From Cyanidioschyzon merolae (taxonomy: Eukaryota): 64,000 nt of DNA. Below are positions 43,837 through 55,920 of this stretch, piece after piece; the first letter of the stretch is position 1; each line of letters opens with the position of its first letter. Location: the NCBI GenBank assembly GCA_000091205.1, contig AP006500.2; one strand, given 5' to 3'. A program made the translations under genes and the position numbers. The notes beneath the pieces were generated by a model. The model saw only the letters and a program-made list of their open reading frames with translations, did no database searches and was not told where the DNA came from.

Positions 43837-46785
43837 ATGAGTAATACGAATGAAAAGGTAGGCCAGAAAGGTGAGCACAACGCCAAGCTGCATAAACGAG
43901 CTGTGAAACATGCAAGTGCGGTGGTACGGGTGCCTTGTGCTTGCCGCGGTGTGCTGGCGCTCGTGCTGGTGCTGCTCTTGTTTTGCATTGCGTTCTTTGT
44001 GACTATCCACGCCTGGTACGCTGTTCCGAGAGCTTTATCAGCGAGTGCGTCCGATTCACTTTTTTCGGGGGAACGAGCACGCGAGCATCTGGTGCAGCTT
44101 GCTGGGCCTGCGGTCGTCGGCAGTCGGCGGGCTGAGGCGAATGCAGCCTTCATTGAACGAAAACTCAGTGCAATGATTCGTTCTGGAGGATGCAGCACTA
44201 CTTGTGAGCGCCTGAATGCAGCTGACGACTTGACAAAAACGTTGGGATTGCGAGCATTGGTCGAACGTCAGTGGGGAAACGGCTCGTTCGAGATGGACTT
44301 TTCGCAGCTCGGCGAACAGAGCATCACCAACGCGTACACCAACATTTCCAACATAATCCTGCGTTTGGAACCACTGGTAGCTACAAATGATACAGCAACG
44401 TCAGCATCCGCCTTTGTCTGTCCGAAGTCGATTGTAGTGAACTCGCACTACGACACCGCACCGGGGTCGCCGGGGGCCTCAGACGCCCTGGCACCCATTG
44501 CCGTTATGCTGGAACTGGTGCGCCTTATCCTCTATACGAATAGGCAGTATTATGTGGCGCACGGCACACCGTGGCTACGTGCCCCACTGGTCTTTCTTTT
44601 CAATGGTGCCGAGGAGGCGATCCTGCTTGGTTCGCATGCGTTTGTGAGCGGTCATCCGACGATCAATTCGACGGCAATGTTGCTGAACCTGGAGTCGGCT
44701 GGTGCCGGTATTGGTCCGGAACTGCTCTTCCGTTACGATACGCGCTCCCCGTGGCTGATGAAACTCTACGCAGACGCAGTGCCTCATCCACACACGGGAT
44801 CCTACGTTCAGGACATCTTTGAACGCAACCTGATTCCAGCGGAGACGGACTATCGAATGTTCAGCGAGACCGCAGGTGTTACTGGAGTGGATCTGGCCTT
44901 CCACTTGCACGGGTACACTTACCACACGCGTTACGATATGCCGTCTCGCGTGGACGTTGGCTCGATCCAGCATATGGGCGATAACGTTTGGGCGCTCCTG
45001 CGGATGGCCGCACACGAGCGCGCCGAAAGTGTTTGCAGCGAGGTGTCGGTCCCGCGACACCCGGAAGACGGAGCCCGCAAAGACCCCGAACCGTTGGCGT
45101 TTTTCGATATCCTCAGCGCGAAGGTTTTCTATTTCAACCATCGAAAAGCGTACCGAGTTTACATGGCGATGGCGGGGATCCTTGTACTCCTGATCTGGCA
45201 ACCATCGCGATGCTTCACAAGGCGGAATAGACGCGCCGGTGCTACCGCAGAGCCTGCGCTGGACGACGCGACACCATCCCAGTTTCGTGCAGTGCTGGCT
45301 GTGCTCTTGGGTGCTGCCACCGGGTTTTTAACTGCGCTGGCGCTCGCTAGCATAATGTCCTTCCTTCTCCCGGGGCCGAAACCGCCGATGATTTGGTACG
45401 GGCGCCACATGCTCGTGTTGCCGTGCCTGTACGGAGCACCTGCAGTTGCCATCGCGCTTGTCGTCGCTGGTCGACTCCTGGATCCCAAGCATGCTGCCCA
45501 TCACATAGCGATGCCGGAGAATCCGATTCCTCGGTTCGAGCGCATCGAACGCGCTGTAGCCGTGTACTTTATGGCACTGGCGCTGTTGCTAGGCTTCTGG
45601 ATCGAACTCACCATGGTGTACTTGTGGGCATTCCAAGCGAGTGTGCACATTCTCGGTTCAATCATCGCTTGGCCGTGGCGACATACCAGTCGACCGATGG
45701 TTTACGTGTTCCTGCGATTTTTCTGCTTCGCAGTTGCGACGCAACTTATCCACCTGCCGCCGGTGCTGATGACCCTGGAAACCTTTGCCCCGCTCATGGG
45801 TATGGCCGGCTCCGGTGCTCGCGTGGAATTCGCTGTGGCTGCATTGACGGCCTATCTCGCAATTCACTGGGGATACATGCTCTGGCTTCCGCTCCTGAGC
45901 ATACGCAAGGCATGGATGCGAGGCGCTCTTCGCCTTGCGCTGGCAGTATTTCTGGTCGGGGGTGTTGCGCTCCTGGTGCCGCACTGGCTCGGTGCGGTGC
46001 CTTATTCGCCGCAAGCACCGAAGCGTCTCGTCGTTCAGCACATGTGCGCGCAGCAGCCACTACAGGTGCACGTCGAGCAGCGCGCCCGTGCCTCGGCTCC
46101 AGCACAGATGGCTTCAGCTCCGCAGGTGTGCTTGGTCGGTATCGCTGGTCTGGATCCGTATCCGTTGGAGCGCGTGCTCCCGAAAGCGCGCTTCCAACAC
46201 TGTGAACCAAACCGCTTTACCTGGGGGTACCGGAGTAAGCGCTCGATCTTCGCGAATGTGGCACCTCTAGAGAAGCTTGTCCACCATGCCGGTATCCAGT
46301 GTCCGGAAGATTCGTTTGGCGCTGGTGTGCTCGAGTCAGTCGCGATGCCGCGTTTACTGGTCAAAGAGGACGCGTTGGTGGAGTGCGTACCACCAGCGCA
46401 TCTTCCGCGCGCTGAAGCAGCCGATAACGCGACGCTGGTGTGTCGAGCGCTCACCCTGGAAATCCGGGCACTGCGGGCTCACTGGAGTGCACTGGTCTTC
46501 GATGCCGCAGTGCGCCAGTGGAGCCTCACTGCCGACGCCCCGAACCAGGGCCAGACTCGTCGACACTTTATTCGACACGTCGCGGGACACGGCACACCGC
46601 ATATATGGAACATGTCGCTGATTGTCGAGCGAAACAACACGGAGCCTGCCGTCGTTTTCGATGTGATGGCAACGCGTTATGGAGAGAACCGCAGCGAACT
46701 GAGTCCAAGCCTCTGGTCTAACGCGTTGCCCGATTGGACTGCACCGGTCTACATGACCTCAAAGTTTGCAACGTATGTTGTTTGA
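43837..46785 (+). CDS. M28-family metallopeptidase with a multi-pass membrane domain (ERMP1/FXNA-like)
   Basis: A 982-aa ORF. An N-terminal TM anchor precedes the M28 motifs NSHYDTAPGSPGASDALAPIAVMLE and FLFNGAEE, then at least 8 TM helices. The ATG was verified at 43837. Confidence 0.8.
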   Translation: MSNTNEKVGQKGEHNAKLHKRAVKHASAVVRVPCACRGVLALVLVLLLFCIAFFVTIHAWYAVPRALSASASDSLFSGERAREHLVQLAGPAVVGSRRAEANAAFIERKLSAMIRSGGCSTTCERLNAADDLTKTLGLRALVERQWGNGSFEMDFSQLGEQSITNAYTNISNIILRLEPLVATNDTATSASAFVCPKSIVVNSHYDTAPGSPGASDALAPIAVMLELVRLILYTNRQYYVAHGTPWLRAPLVFLFNGAEEAILLGSHAFVSGHPTINSTAMLLNLESAGAGIGPELLFRYDTRSPWLMKLYADAVPHPHTGSYVQDIFERNLIPAETDYRMFSETAGVTGVDLAFHLHGYTYHTRYDMPSRVDVGSIQHMGDNVWALLRMAAHERAESVCSEVSVPRHPEDGARKDPEPLAFFDILSAKVFYFNHRKAYRVYMAMAGILVLLIWQPSRCFTRRNRRAGATAEPALDDATPSQFRAVLAVLLGAATGFLTALALASIMSFLLPGPKPPMIWYGRHMLVLPCLYGAPAVAIALVVAGRLLDPKHAAHHIAMPENPIPRFERIERAVAVYFMALALLLGFWIELTMVYLWAFQASVHILGSIIAWPWRHTSRPMVYVFLRFFCFAVATQLIHLPPVLMTLETFAPLMGMAGSGARVEFAVAALTAYLAIHWGYMLWLPLLSIRKAWMRGALRLALAVFLVGGVALLVPHWLGAVPYSPQAPKRLVVQHMCAQQPLQVHVEQRARASAPAQMASAPQVCLVGIAGLDPYPLERVLPKARFQHCEPNRFTWGYRSKRSIFANVAPLEKLVHHAGIQCPEDSFGAGVLESVAMPRLLVKEDALVECVPPAHLPRAEAADNATLVCRALTLEIRALRAHWSALVFDAAVRQWSLTADAPNQGQTRRHFIRHVAGHGTPHIWNMSLIVERNNTEPAVVFDVMATRYGENRSELSPSLWSNALPDWTAPVYMTSKFATYVV

Positions 46786-47199
46786 GCAGGTGCTTTGTCA
46801 AGCAGTGCTGTGCACGACGAACGTGTCGAAGGCGTTACCCACTTGGTGCAAGTCCGTGCGCTGCTCTGAGGCAGGGACGACGTCCTTCTTGCTTGCGCTC
46901 ACGCCACCCCAGCAGCAAACACCTCTGAGCGCGTACCACGGCTTTGCCGCAGGATGCATCCGCACCGGCGCTCGTCTGGATATGTTGTGAGCAGCGGCAG
47001 CATAAGTTTTACACACCAACGATGCGGATATGAGATCTGGTGCAGGACGCTGCTCGCTTGATTCATACCAGGACCTGGATCCTCCGGGCGCAGCACTTGG
47101 CCTCGGGCAGGTGTCAGTCTGAGTCCTGCTCGCAAAAACGCATCTGCATATCCGTGCCCAACATCCATACGCGACTAAAGCGTTATCTCAGTTTCTCTC

Positions 47200-48030
47200 T
47201 TATGTACCGGAAAGTTTCCTGAATGACGGCGAGCAATGTCGAAAACGGGCGACAAGACGCGTCCGGGTACTGGTCTCGTTCAGCTTGTGTCGCGAGGTCA
47301 AGGCGATGGAACTCGTTTCGGAGAGTCTCTCGGACTGAAGCTCCACAAGGGAGGCGCGTTGCGAGGTCACTGTGTGCAGAGGCAGGACTCGAATGCGTTT
47401 GGATGCGCGCTCTTGCTCCATTTCGATTCGTCGGTGTCGCAAACGCGCACAAGCGAGTCGCAGCTGGCGTCTAGTCTCTCGCTCTTGCTGAGCGTAGGCT
47501 GCGGACCATGAGACCGCACCTGACGGAAGACCCAGTGTCGCGGAGGCAGCGATGGCGTTCGGTGAACTCGAGGGGACGCCCTCGACACGCGCGCGCGAGA
47601 AATAGAGTTGTTTCCAACGTTGCTCCAGAGCCAAGTTCAAGCTAAGACGCATCGAGGCTGAAAGCTGCGCGGCGCCGCGAGCAGTGACCAACGTCCACGC
47701 CTCCTTCTGGTCATCGACGGCATCGTCTAGGTCGGAGTCCACCCAATCGGATCCTGTCAGTACAACAACTCCAAAGCTTGCTTGGACGGTGCGTTCGCTT
47801 GTGCTGTGTTCAAGCGAGTCGTAGAGTGGCAGCCCGTTGCAGCGAGCAAGTCGCCGCAGGTCACGTGGCCGGGCGCCCTGCAGAATAGTAGCCAACTGCC
47901 CGTCGAAGAGCTCGGCACCGTGCAGCTCCGCCAGACAAGAACAGTTCCGTGCCAAAGCGTCCGTGCATAGTTGCGCCAACGTCGGTGGCGCTGGCATCGC
48001 CACAGCGACGCCCCTCAGACGCCCTGGCAA
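47200..48030 (-). CDS. Hypothetical protein with a BC-box-like motif (possibly Elongin-A-like)
   Basis: TLAQLCTDALARNCSCLAELHG fits the BC-box pattern (S/T/P)LxxxCxxx(hydrophobic). The rest is low complexity. Confidence 0.35.
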   Translation of the reverse strand: MPGRLRGVAVAMPAPPTLAQLCTDALARNCSCLAELHGAELFDGQLATILQGARPRDLRRLARCNGLPLYDSLEHSTSERTVQASFGVVVLTGSDWVDSDLDDAVDDQKEAWTLVTARGAAQLSASMRLSLNLALEQRWKQLYFSRARVEGVPSSSPNAIAASATLGLPSGAVSWSAAYAQQERETRRQLRLACARLRHRRIEMEQERASKRIRVLPLHTVTSQRASLVELQSERLSETSSIALTSRHKLNETSTRTRLVARFRHCSPSFRKLSGT

Positions 48031-48149
48031 ACTCGTTTCAAACCTAGAGCCTGTACGTCTTCACCAGGCCGTATGTGTGGAGAGCGTTGCGTGGGTCATG
48101 CTGCCACCACTCGGCACGCGGGATCGGCGGTTGGCATCGGAAATGGCGG

Positions 48150-48695
48150 CGTTGTGCGCGTCCATCGCTGAGGCGCTGCGTTCTGGAGTTGTGTGGAGGC
48201 TCATGATGGGCGCTGCGTTCTGGAGTTGTGTGGAGGCTCATGATGGGCGCTGCGTTCTGGAGTTGTGTGGAGGCTCATGATGGGCGCTGCGTTCTGGAGT
48301 TGTGTGGAGGCTCATGATGGGCGCTGCGTTCTGGAGTTGTGTGGAGGCTCATGATGAGCGCTGCGTTCTGGAGTTGTGTGGAGGCTCATGATGGGCGCTG
48401 CGTTCTGGAGTTCTGTGGAGGCTCATGATGGGCGCTGCGTTCTGGAGTTGTGTGGAGGCTCATGATGGGCGCTGCGTTCTGGAGTTGTGTGGAGGCTCAT
48501 GATGGGCGCTGCGTTCTGGAGTTGTGTGGAGGCTCATGATGAGCGCTGCGTTCTGGAGTTGTGTGGAGGCTCATGATGGGCGCTGCGTTCTGGAGTTGTG
48601 TGGAGGCTCATGATGAGCGCTGCGTTCTGGAGTTGTGTGGAGGCTCATGATGAGCGCTGCGTTCTGGAGTTGTGTGGAGGCTCATGATGAGCGCT
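48150..48695. repeat. 37-bp satellite array, about 14.5 units (cgctgcgttctggagttgtgtggaggctcatgatggg)
   Basis: Period 37 was verified at 48211 and 48248. The variants are gatggg versus gatgag. Confidence 0.9.
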
Positions 48696-48716
48696 GCGAG
48701 TCTGCTGCGAATCCCT

Positions 48717-49874
48717 ACCTGCTTTTGCACCTGTCTCGGATTGAAATGGATCACAGAGCTGCTCATTCTGTTCCTGCGCTGAGGCTTCTTTCCGAACTGG
48801 TTCTAGACATAGAGAACCTCGACATTCGAAGTGCAGCAACACGAGCATTCGGATCGATACCTAGTTCTAGGATGCGGGGGCGTCTTTTCCGAGTGATATA
48901 TTCGAAGAATACTTGCGGATGGAATTCGTTGCGTTGCTGGAGTCAAAATGATTCGCGGAGTGTCATCGAAGATGCGTTCGTAAAATATCCGATATCATTA
49001 AGCAATGGATATGTACGAGCCTCCAGTGTGCGCCTGTGCTGATGTGCAGCATCCCCGTACCGTACACTCTTCAAGATCCCTGTCTGGGTATCTCATGGAG
49101 AATCGCGGGCGCTGTGATTCCGGTCGATTGATGGACAATGATAGATACTCGACGTCGCCTGCGCACGACTGCCTCACAAGATCTTATCGCAAGTTCAGTG
49201 CAACGCTCGCGTCCAATAGCCGATTCCGTTCGAAAAGCAAATCCTCCTGTCTCGATCGCGATCGACGAAGCGGGACGCTGCACCGAGGTGACGCCCCCGA
49301 CGGGATACGTCCCGAGACGATCCCGTCTCTCCAGGCTGCATAGACAAGTATCTTGGACCGGGACTCGAGTCATCGGAGGTACCGCTGCCGGTGGATCGAG
49401 CGTCACTGCTCGGCACAAGCGAGGAGCGTAGACGGATCAACGTATCGCGACTTGACCTGTTGCCAGGGCTCCTCTTTCGGTGCTCGGTTCGTCACGTACA
49501 ACATCGCGTTCCACGAATCATCGATCGAAAGGGAGTGCGTTCGCTCGCACGTGTATCGGTCGGATTACGTGCCGCTGGGATCGCAAAGAACAAGCACGTG
49601 ATCACAGTGTACGGCAATGCCGGCGGTTACGGACGAGGGCATCGACGGTATCCTTGGGTACTCGTCGAGGGCATGCAGCGCTCGATGATGCAAGTATTCG
49701 TGCGCCACTGGGCGGCTCTCGGAGGAGGAGTAGGGAGCGTGCTGGGCACCAGACGGCACCAGACCACAGCCAGGTATCGACGATGCCAGGAGCACAGCGA
49801 GGCTCTATACGAAGAAGATGAAAATAGCAAGCGAGGCTTCGGTCGGAGCTTTCGCCTGTCTTTGGAATACGTTG
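48717..49874 (+). repeat. Left arm of a large inverted repeat pair (about 1.15 kb, about 99% identical to 57918-59063 on the opposite strand)
   Basis: ORF 49480-49821 and ORF 57973-58314 (minus strand) encode 113-aa products differing at one residue. The boundaries were mapped by divergence after ctgcttttgcacctgtctcgg and ctttggaatacgt. Confidence 0.85.
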
Positions 49875-51945
49875 AAAGCAGCGTGAAGCAATGAGGTAAG
49901 GACTTGAACGGTAGGGACAATATCCGTCCACTCCTGATTATTGATCTGGAGGCAAAGGAGAGACCAGCGTATTGAAAGCGGGGTAGCCGACAGGCGAAAA
50001 GGAGGAATTCGCAGGAAAAGCGCTCAGAGGCTTGTGTGCGCAGCAATGGGGGAAGCGACCCAAACTTTCGTACGTATGACCGACTTGCTGACAAGACCTG
50101 TTCCCCTTTATTCTGCGATGGTTGTCAGAGCAGTGATAATTGAAACCTGCCGAAACCCTTCCGGATTGTTACCTACGAAAAGCTCTACTCACGCTCCCAT
50201 AGATCGTTCGTCTGTAAAGCATCCGCAATAGCCGGTGCTCATGGGCGTTCCCAAGGAATATAGGCACAGCGCGAGGCACGCAGATAACGATACTGGTCCC
50301 AGGCTTGCCGCTGGATATAACTGCACGTCTTCGTTCCTGTGCTGGTGACGTCGTTTATCCGGCTGAGCGGCTACTGCACCGCTCAGCGTGCAAGGTCCAG
50401 CAGCCAGACGGCCAAGGAACTGATGATGCATCCCAACACGCCTGCGAACGGCTTCTTGAACGATGCTCGCCAATGCATCATCGGCCTTTTGCCCGTGATG
50501 TGCTCCATATAGCCGACGCGGCAACACTAGCCTCCGGTTCTGAGAGGGACGTTCGCCTGCATACCACTGCGGCTGCCAGCAACGGCTCCTTATCGGCCAG
50601 TGTCACACAAGTCGGTGCTTGGAACGACACCTTGGTACGCACAGGAACGCTAGTGGGTAGACGTTGCTCTGGTTTAAACGGGCGAAACTGCTCGGGTCAC
50701 AGCGTGACTGCTCGGCATCGATGAGGAAACAAATGCTCGCGCGTTGTGTAGACGTGGCTTTGCAGCGACAAGCAGGTAAAGCGCATGCTGCGGCAGCAAC
50801 TCCACAAAAAACATACACCTCTGTATCGATATGCGTACATCGGTGTCGCAGGTCTTGCCATTACCCCATAAATCCGACATGACACCGTTGAAACTCCACC
50901 GAAAACGGACGCTTATGTGGCAATACTCACAGGTGTTTAGCGAAATACCTCCGATGTTACGGTATCGATCCACTGCATACAGTCAATCAAGTCGTCTTTC
51001 GTTGATGTTTCCACGAACGCGAGGAGAAGCAGTGCCTCAACACTGAACGCAACCAGCACTCCATGCGGAGACAAGTGGCCCTGCCCCAATGTTTTAGGTA
51101 GATCGCTCGCCCATATGGACTGCTTGGAGAGCCAGAACCCGAAATATGCAGACCCTGCGACCTGCAGAGGTTCACCCAGAAGCCGCACCACTTGAGCACG
51201 TTCCCTGACACACGCAAAACGAGCGAGCAGTGCCTGCGTCTCCGCAACATTTACTTCAAGACTGCCGTATTGACCGACAACTTTGGAACTCGGTTCCGTT
51301 GGCGGTGTCGAACGCTTGTCGCTTTCCTGACAAGATTCAAGTGTACGCAGCAAGACCAGGCTCCCGCTGACGACGCTCTTCGCATGGACCCGTTTCTGCC
51401 AGGTATTGACGCGACCTTGGTACTCCATCGGCGCTTGTATAGTACGCTAGATGCTTTGAGACGATGATGAGGCTTTTCTCAGGTGCTTATTCACACGCTC
51501 AGCGGGAAGCGTCGCAAGGAAGCTTCCAGGTAGCAGCGTGCGACGTACCTCCAGAAACTATATTGTTCTGTGTTCGGAACACAGCTCCGTTAGGGCCCTG
51601 ACCTCGCTCGAAACTAGATTAATTTTCGACAACCATACCGCAATGACTCGTTCACGTGCGCTCAACGAAAACCGAAAGAATAGCTACAGTTTGCGTCTGG
51701 AACAAGCGAGTACAACGCAGACTTCGCAGCGCCCGTTAGAGACGCTAGCGGCTGCGCTAGCGCCCAGCCAGCGTCCACCGATGGCAGCATTGCTTGCAGT
51801 CGACGACTACTGCTGCTGCTCGCTATGGTGCTAGCGAGCGTCCTCGTTGCACGTCGACGGACGTTTGGCCTCTGGGAACCTCTCCTGCAGCGCCGACCGA
51901 AGCGCATAGCCTCGCGCAAGAACGAAAGCGCAAAGCGCCGTTTAC

Positions 51946-53862
51946 TCATACGTCTTCTGCATCCAGCAAGTCCACGTCCTCGACATCGTACTCAGGGAGG
52001 TTTTCGATGCCGTGTGCTGACGCGAGGCCCCGTATGACGCGTTCTATTACCAGTCGGTAGGCGTCTGCATCACTCGCTGCGAATAATTTGCTTGTGCATG
52101 CGTTCAAATACTCAAGCTGGTACGATTCTGGCGAAGACCAGGCTAGATGCTCGATATACATGAGCATGTAGATGCCGCAATCCATGCCATTTTCCTGCAG
52201 CGGTACTTTTGGTTTCAAGAGCGGCAAGTTTTCGCCGTCGAACACGAAGGAATCGCCGCTGCGTTCATCGGCGTCTCGCTGGTCTCCGGCAGTCGATACA
52301 GTTCGCAGTGGCGATTCCGGCGAGTCGTGCGCTGCGGCGGGGCGTACACCTCGCAAGTCATCGCCAGCAGTCATCTTTTCTGGATGAGCACTCTGTGGGT
52401 GCATGGCAAGGTGCCCAGCCGAGTCCGTGCTCCCAAACTCGGAGTCAGCGGATCGTACTCCAGTGGAGCGCTCCGTACCACCCGCGCTGCAGAGCCGTAC
52501 CTTTCTGGTTGTACCTACGCCTGTCGAGCACATGGTTGCAGCTCGCACACGCGCATAGGTAGTCAAAAAGCTGCGCACTGATTTGGTCATGCCACCGGGA
52601 CTCGCGGATCGCATCGAGTCCAGATAGAGGATGCAGGGCTTGTGCCGACACTCGCAATCGAGTTCCGAATGCCAGCCATTGGCGAATGCATCGAGATTAC
52701 AGACCACTGCCACAGACCAGTGAAATTCATGGTGTATCGGTATGAATAACATTCTCTTCGTGAACAGATCGACACCTCGCGAGATGAACCAGCGCAGCGC
52801 AATGTAGTCGTAAAGTTCCTCCGCGAGCGACGCATCCGAACGCGATCGCTGGGGTACGCTGGTGATTTTCTTGTAGAAGAATGTCGACATGAAATGCAAT
52901 TGTTCCATGCGATACGGTGGAATCCGGTACCGCTCCAGAAACTTGAGCCAGAACTCAATAACGTTATCATTGAGGTAGCCACCCGGCTGGAGAAGGCGCA
53001 AATCGCCTAGCGTTATCGAAACGGCACCTGGGTTTTGTTCGGGAAAACGAAACAAATCTCTCTGCTCGGTATCTCCGCTCTCTTTTCGCCGATGAATACG
53101 CTTCGAACGACGCTCTGTGCCGGGTGCGGTCTCAAGGTAGTTGTCAACTTGCATTGGTGATTTGCGTTCGCTCGCAGGACCAGAAAGTGTATCCGAGGTA
53201 GTCGGTTCATGCGGGCATACCGCAGGCTCCTCTGCGGGTATCTGTACACAATTTGCAGACGGAAGCGGTATCGGAGAGCTCTGATTTTCTCTGGAGCAGT
53301 CCACCGCTTGAGGTGAAAGCGATGTACCTTGCGAATGCCCTTCGTCTGACTGCAACAGCCATACATTACAGCCATGCGAATCCATGCGAGCGCCGACGCC
53401 TCCTGAAAGGTGGCGAACCATCGTTTGAAAGCTCTTTGCAGGAGACCACTTTGCAGGCTGTGCTGCTGAGGCTTCACTCGAGGACTCGAGCGTGCCAGCT
53501 AGTTCTGCTCTATAGCGAGCGCTCGTTGACTCGCATCCCGTAGGCAGTGCACGACTTGCTTTACCGCTCCGGTCACGCATGAGCAGTCTACGGGGCATTC
53601 CAAGTCGCAGTCGATCCGCCTGTTCACTGAGCCGTTCACCCGCCGGCGGCTGCAAGGGTAAGCCCTCAGCACCATCCTCCTTCGATTGGTGACAAACACT
53701 TCGGATAATTGCTCTTCGCAGCTCTGTTTTCTTGTACGTTCTCTTGTGACAGCTCGCGTCTGAGGCGATCTCGCTGAGAACGACTCGCTCAGCGGAGCTC
53801 TCGATTTCACCGTGACTGTGCAGCGTTTTACTCGTACCGGGCGCTCGTGAGTTGGGCTCCAT
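51946..53862 (-). CDS. Ulp1/SENP-family SUMO protease (C48 peptidase)
   Basis: The C-terminal catalytic domain reads ITLGDLRLLQPGGYLNDNVIEFWLKFL ... HWSVAVVCNLD ... ENGMDCGIYMLMYIEHL (His, Asp, Cys triad). The ATG is at 53860-53862. The ORF extends to a GTG at 53874. Confidence 0.8.
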   Translation of the reverse strand: MEPNSRAPGTSKTLHSHGEIESSAERVVLSEIASDASCHKRTYKKTELRRAIIRSVCHQSKEDGAEGLPLQPPAGERLSEQADRLRLGMPRRLLMRDRSGKASRALPTGCESTSARYRAELAGTLESSSEASAAQPAKWSPAKSFQTMVRHLSGGVGARMDSHGCNVWLLQSDEGHSQGTSLSPQAVDCSRENQSSPIPLPSANCVQIPAEEPAVCPHEPTTSDTLSGPASERKSPMQVDNYLETAPGTERRSKRIHRRKESGDTEQRDLFRFPEQNPGAVSITLGDLRLLQPGGYLNDNVIEFWLKFLERYRIPPYRMEQLHFMSTFFYKKITSVPQRSRSDASLAEELYDYIALRWFISRGVDLFTKRMLFIPIHHEFHWSVAVVCNLDAFANGWHSELDCECRHKPCILYLDSMRSASPGGMTKSVRSFLTTYARVRAATMCSTGVGTTRKVRLCSAGGTERSTGVRSADSEFGSTDSAGHLAMHPQSAHPEKMTAGDDLRGVRPAAAHDSPESPLRTVSTAGDQRDADERSGDSFVFDGENLPLLKPKVPLQENGMDCGIYMLMYIEHLAWSSPESYQLEYLNACTSKLFAASDADAYRLVIERVIRGLASAHGIENLPEYDVEDVDLLDAEDV

Positions 53863-55261
53863 GCACTCGAGCACGAGCCGCTGCTCTAGAGATCGCGAGG
53901 TGAAAGTACGGCCGGCCGCGGTGTGCTTCCCCAGCGGAATGCCTGCTGATATACGAAGAGGCCAACTTGAAATGGTGCGCGCGGATTCGAGTCGGCTCCA
54001 GACCCCTGGTGTTTATCCATCAAGTTTAGATGAGCACTTGCGAGGATTACTCGCATAGGAGCTGTGCATCGCTATGATTATAAACGGCCCAATAGGGCAT
54101 GTATGCTGGGCAGAAGTGCGGCCAACGCGTCGACGCGCTCACTAATGCAATAACAGTCACTGGTCACAGGTGATAGCGATAGCACGCTGTATGGCATCGG
54201 CAACGACCCAGGACAGCTGGTCAGTGCTCTTGTTTTGAAACTTAGACCTCTTAGCAGCTATTTGATGATGCGCTGTTCGGCATGCTCCTAAAGGCAAGTC
54301 GCGATTCGGGACGCCGTGCGGCAGACCTCGTGTCTCGGCGCTCGACGTTCACGGATGCGTCCACTCGGTGCGACGTGTTTCAGTTTAACGGAGAAGGGTG
54401 TGTGAAGAGGTTGTTGCCGCGTTGTTTGTCGTGTGCTGTGCAAGATACTCTTCACCATAAGCAGGTGTCAGGCATTCATCCATCGATATCGCAACGAGTG
54501 AAGCCAAAAGATCCGGAATTTTCGATGAACACATGAAAGATCTGTCGGGGGCGTTCTCTCTCTAGAAGCGGTGAAGCTTGCTGGTCGCCCATCGAGGCAC
54601 CAGTTACCAGCCCTTGAACGCATCGCAGCTGAGTTGCCCTGAAGAGCTCCTGCAACACAGAGCAAACGAACATGCTTTCGATTCATACCCGCAAGGTCTT
54701 CATATGGTCATTGACTAGGCACTTTCGACAAGTGCCAGTGAGCGCCATATGAGGCTACCGAAGGGTGTTCGGCTCGATCATGTGCTCCAGCGATGGCTTT
54801 GTGCACGTTGTTCGCAACTTTGCTGAGAGTCTTTCCGCAGAGAGCCCCGCGGCAAAACAATACGCTTATATGGCCAAGCGCGTACTGCACTGAGAGCTCC
54901 AGGGCAGCACGGCTCCTTCGGACACGCTGCGTGATGCGCTGGCGTCTATCTGGCTGAGGATGCACATTCACGACAGGCGCGTAGGTCTGGCTCGAGTGCC
55001 GGCGAGTCAGCACCTCCCGGTCTACGGTTACCGACACCAAACGGGGGCACGCAGTATCACCAGGTGAAGCGCTCTTGCTCAGAGCACTGCACCGCACTAT
55101 TCAGTTCCGAACGAAACATGATCTGTACGCTCCACCGGCGCCTTTGCTTGATTCCGAAAGACACCTCGCAGCAGTACAGCTCCGCAAGGCATTGTCGCAA
55201 CCATCAGCCGCCTCTACTATGAAGTGACATACGATTTTCGCTCCTATATAAAAGTTTCCAT

Positions 55262-55610
55262 GACGGTACTCGAACAGAATCGGGCACTCTTTGCACCAAA
55301 CTTAAAGGTACGTGATACTCGAGTAGAATCGGGCACTCTTCGCACCAAGCCTAGAGGCTCCTGGTACTCGAGTAGACTCGGGCACTCTTTGCACCAAGCC
55401 TAGAGGCTCCTGGTACTCGAATAGACTCGGGCACTCTTTGCATCAAGTCTAGAGGCTCCTGTTACTCGAGTAGACCCGGGCACTCTTCGCACCAAGCCTA
55501 GAGGCTCCTGATACTCGAGTAGACCCGGGCACTCTTCGCACCAAGCCTAGAGGCTCCTGATACTCGAGTAGACACGGGCACTCTTTGCACAAAGCCTAGA
55601 GGCTCTACAG
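55262..55610. repeat. 49-bp minisatellite, about 7 units (actcgagtagactcgggcactctttgcaccaagcctagaggctcctggt)
   Basis: Units start at 55317, 55366, 55415, 55464, 55513 and 55562. The first unit is diverged. Confidence 0.85.
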
Positions 55611-55920
55611 CGGGAATTCGCCGACTGCGAGTTACCGCGTCGAACGACGGCGCTCGCAAATTCCTATCATCCGCCGTCGCTATACTAGCTTTATTGCTAG
55701 AGTGTCATCCTTCGTTTTCACGAGAACTCGTAACACTTTAGGTATTGAGTTCCTAGTGAATCTTCTTGCCGACGTGAAGAAGCCACTGAAGAGGAATTGT
55801 GAACCAGTGTGTGTGCCGGTTTCGGGTGTAACGCAGCTGGCGCTGTAGCATCGTGTACCTGTTCGGTAGAGAAGGTGAGCAGCGCTGCGCGTGGCGGCTG
55901 CTCGGCTGCAGCGGCACATC

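Noticed and set aside
48150-48695. Possible CRISPR array (regular 37-bp repeats)
   Set aside because: The repeats are directly tandem with no unique spacers between them, and the context is eukaryotic. This is a satellite, not CRISPR. The same holds for the decamer array at 6036-6418 and the 49-bp array at 55262-55610.
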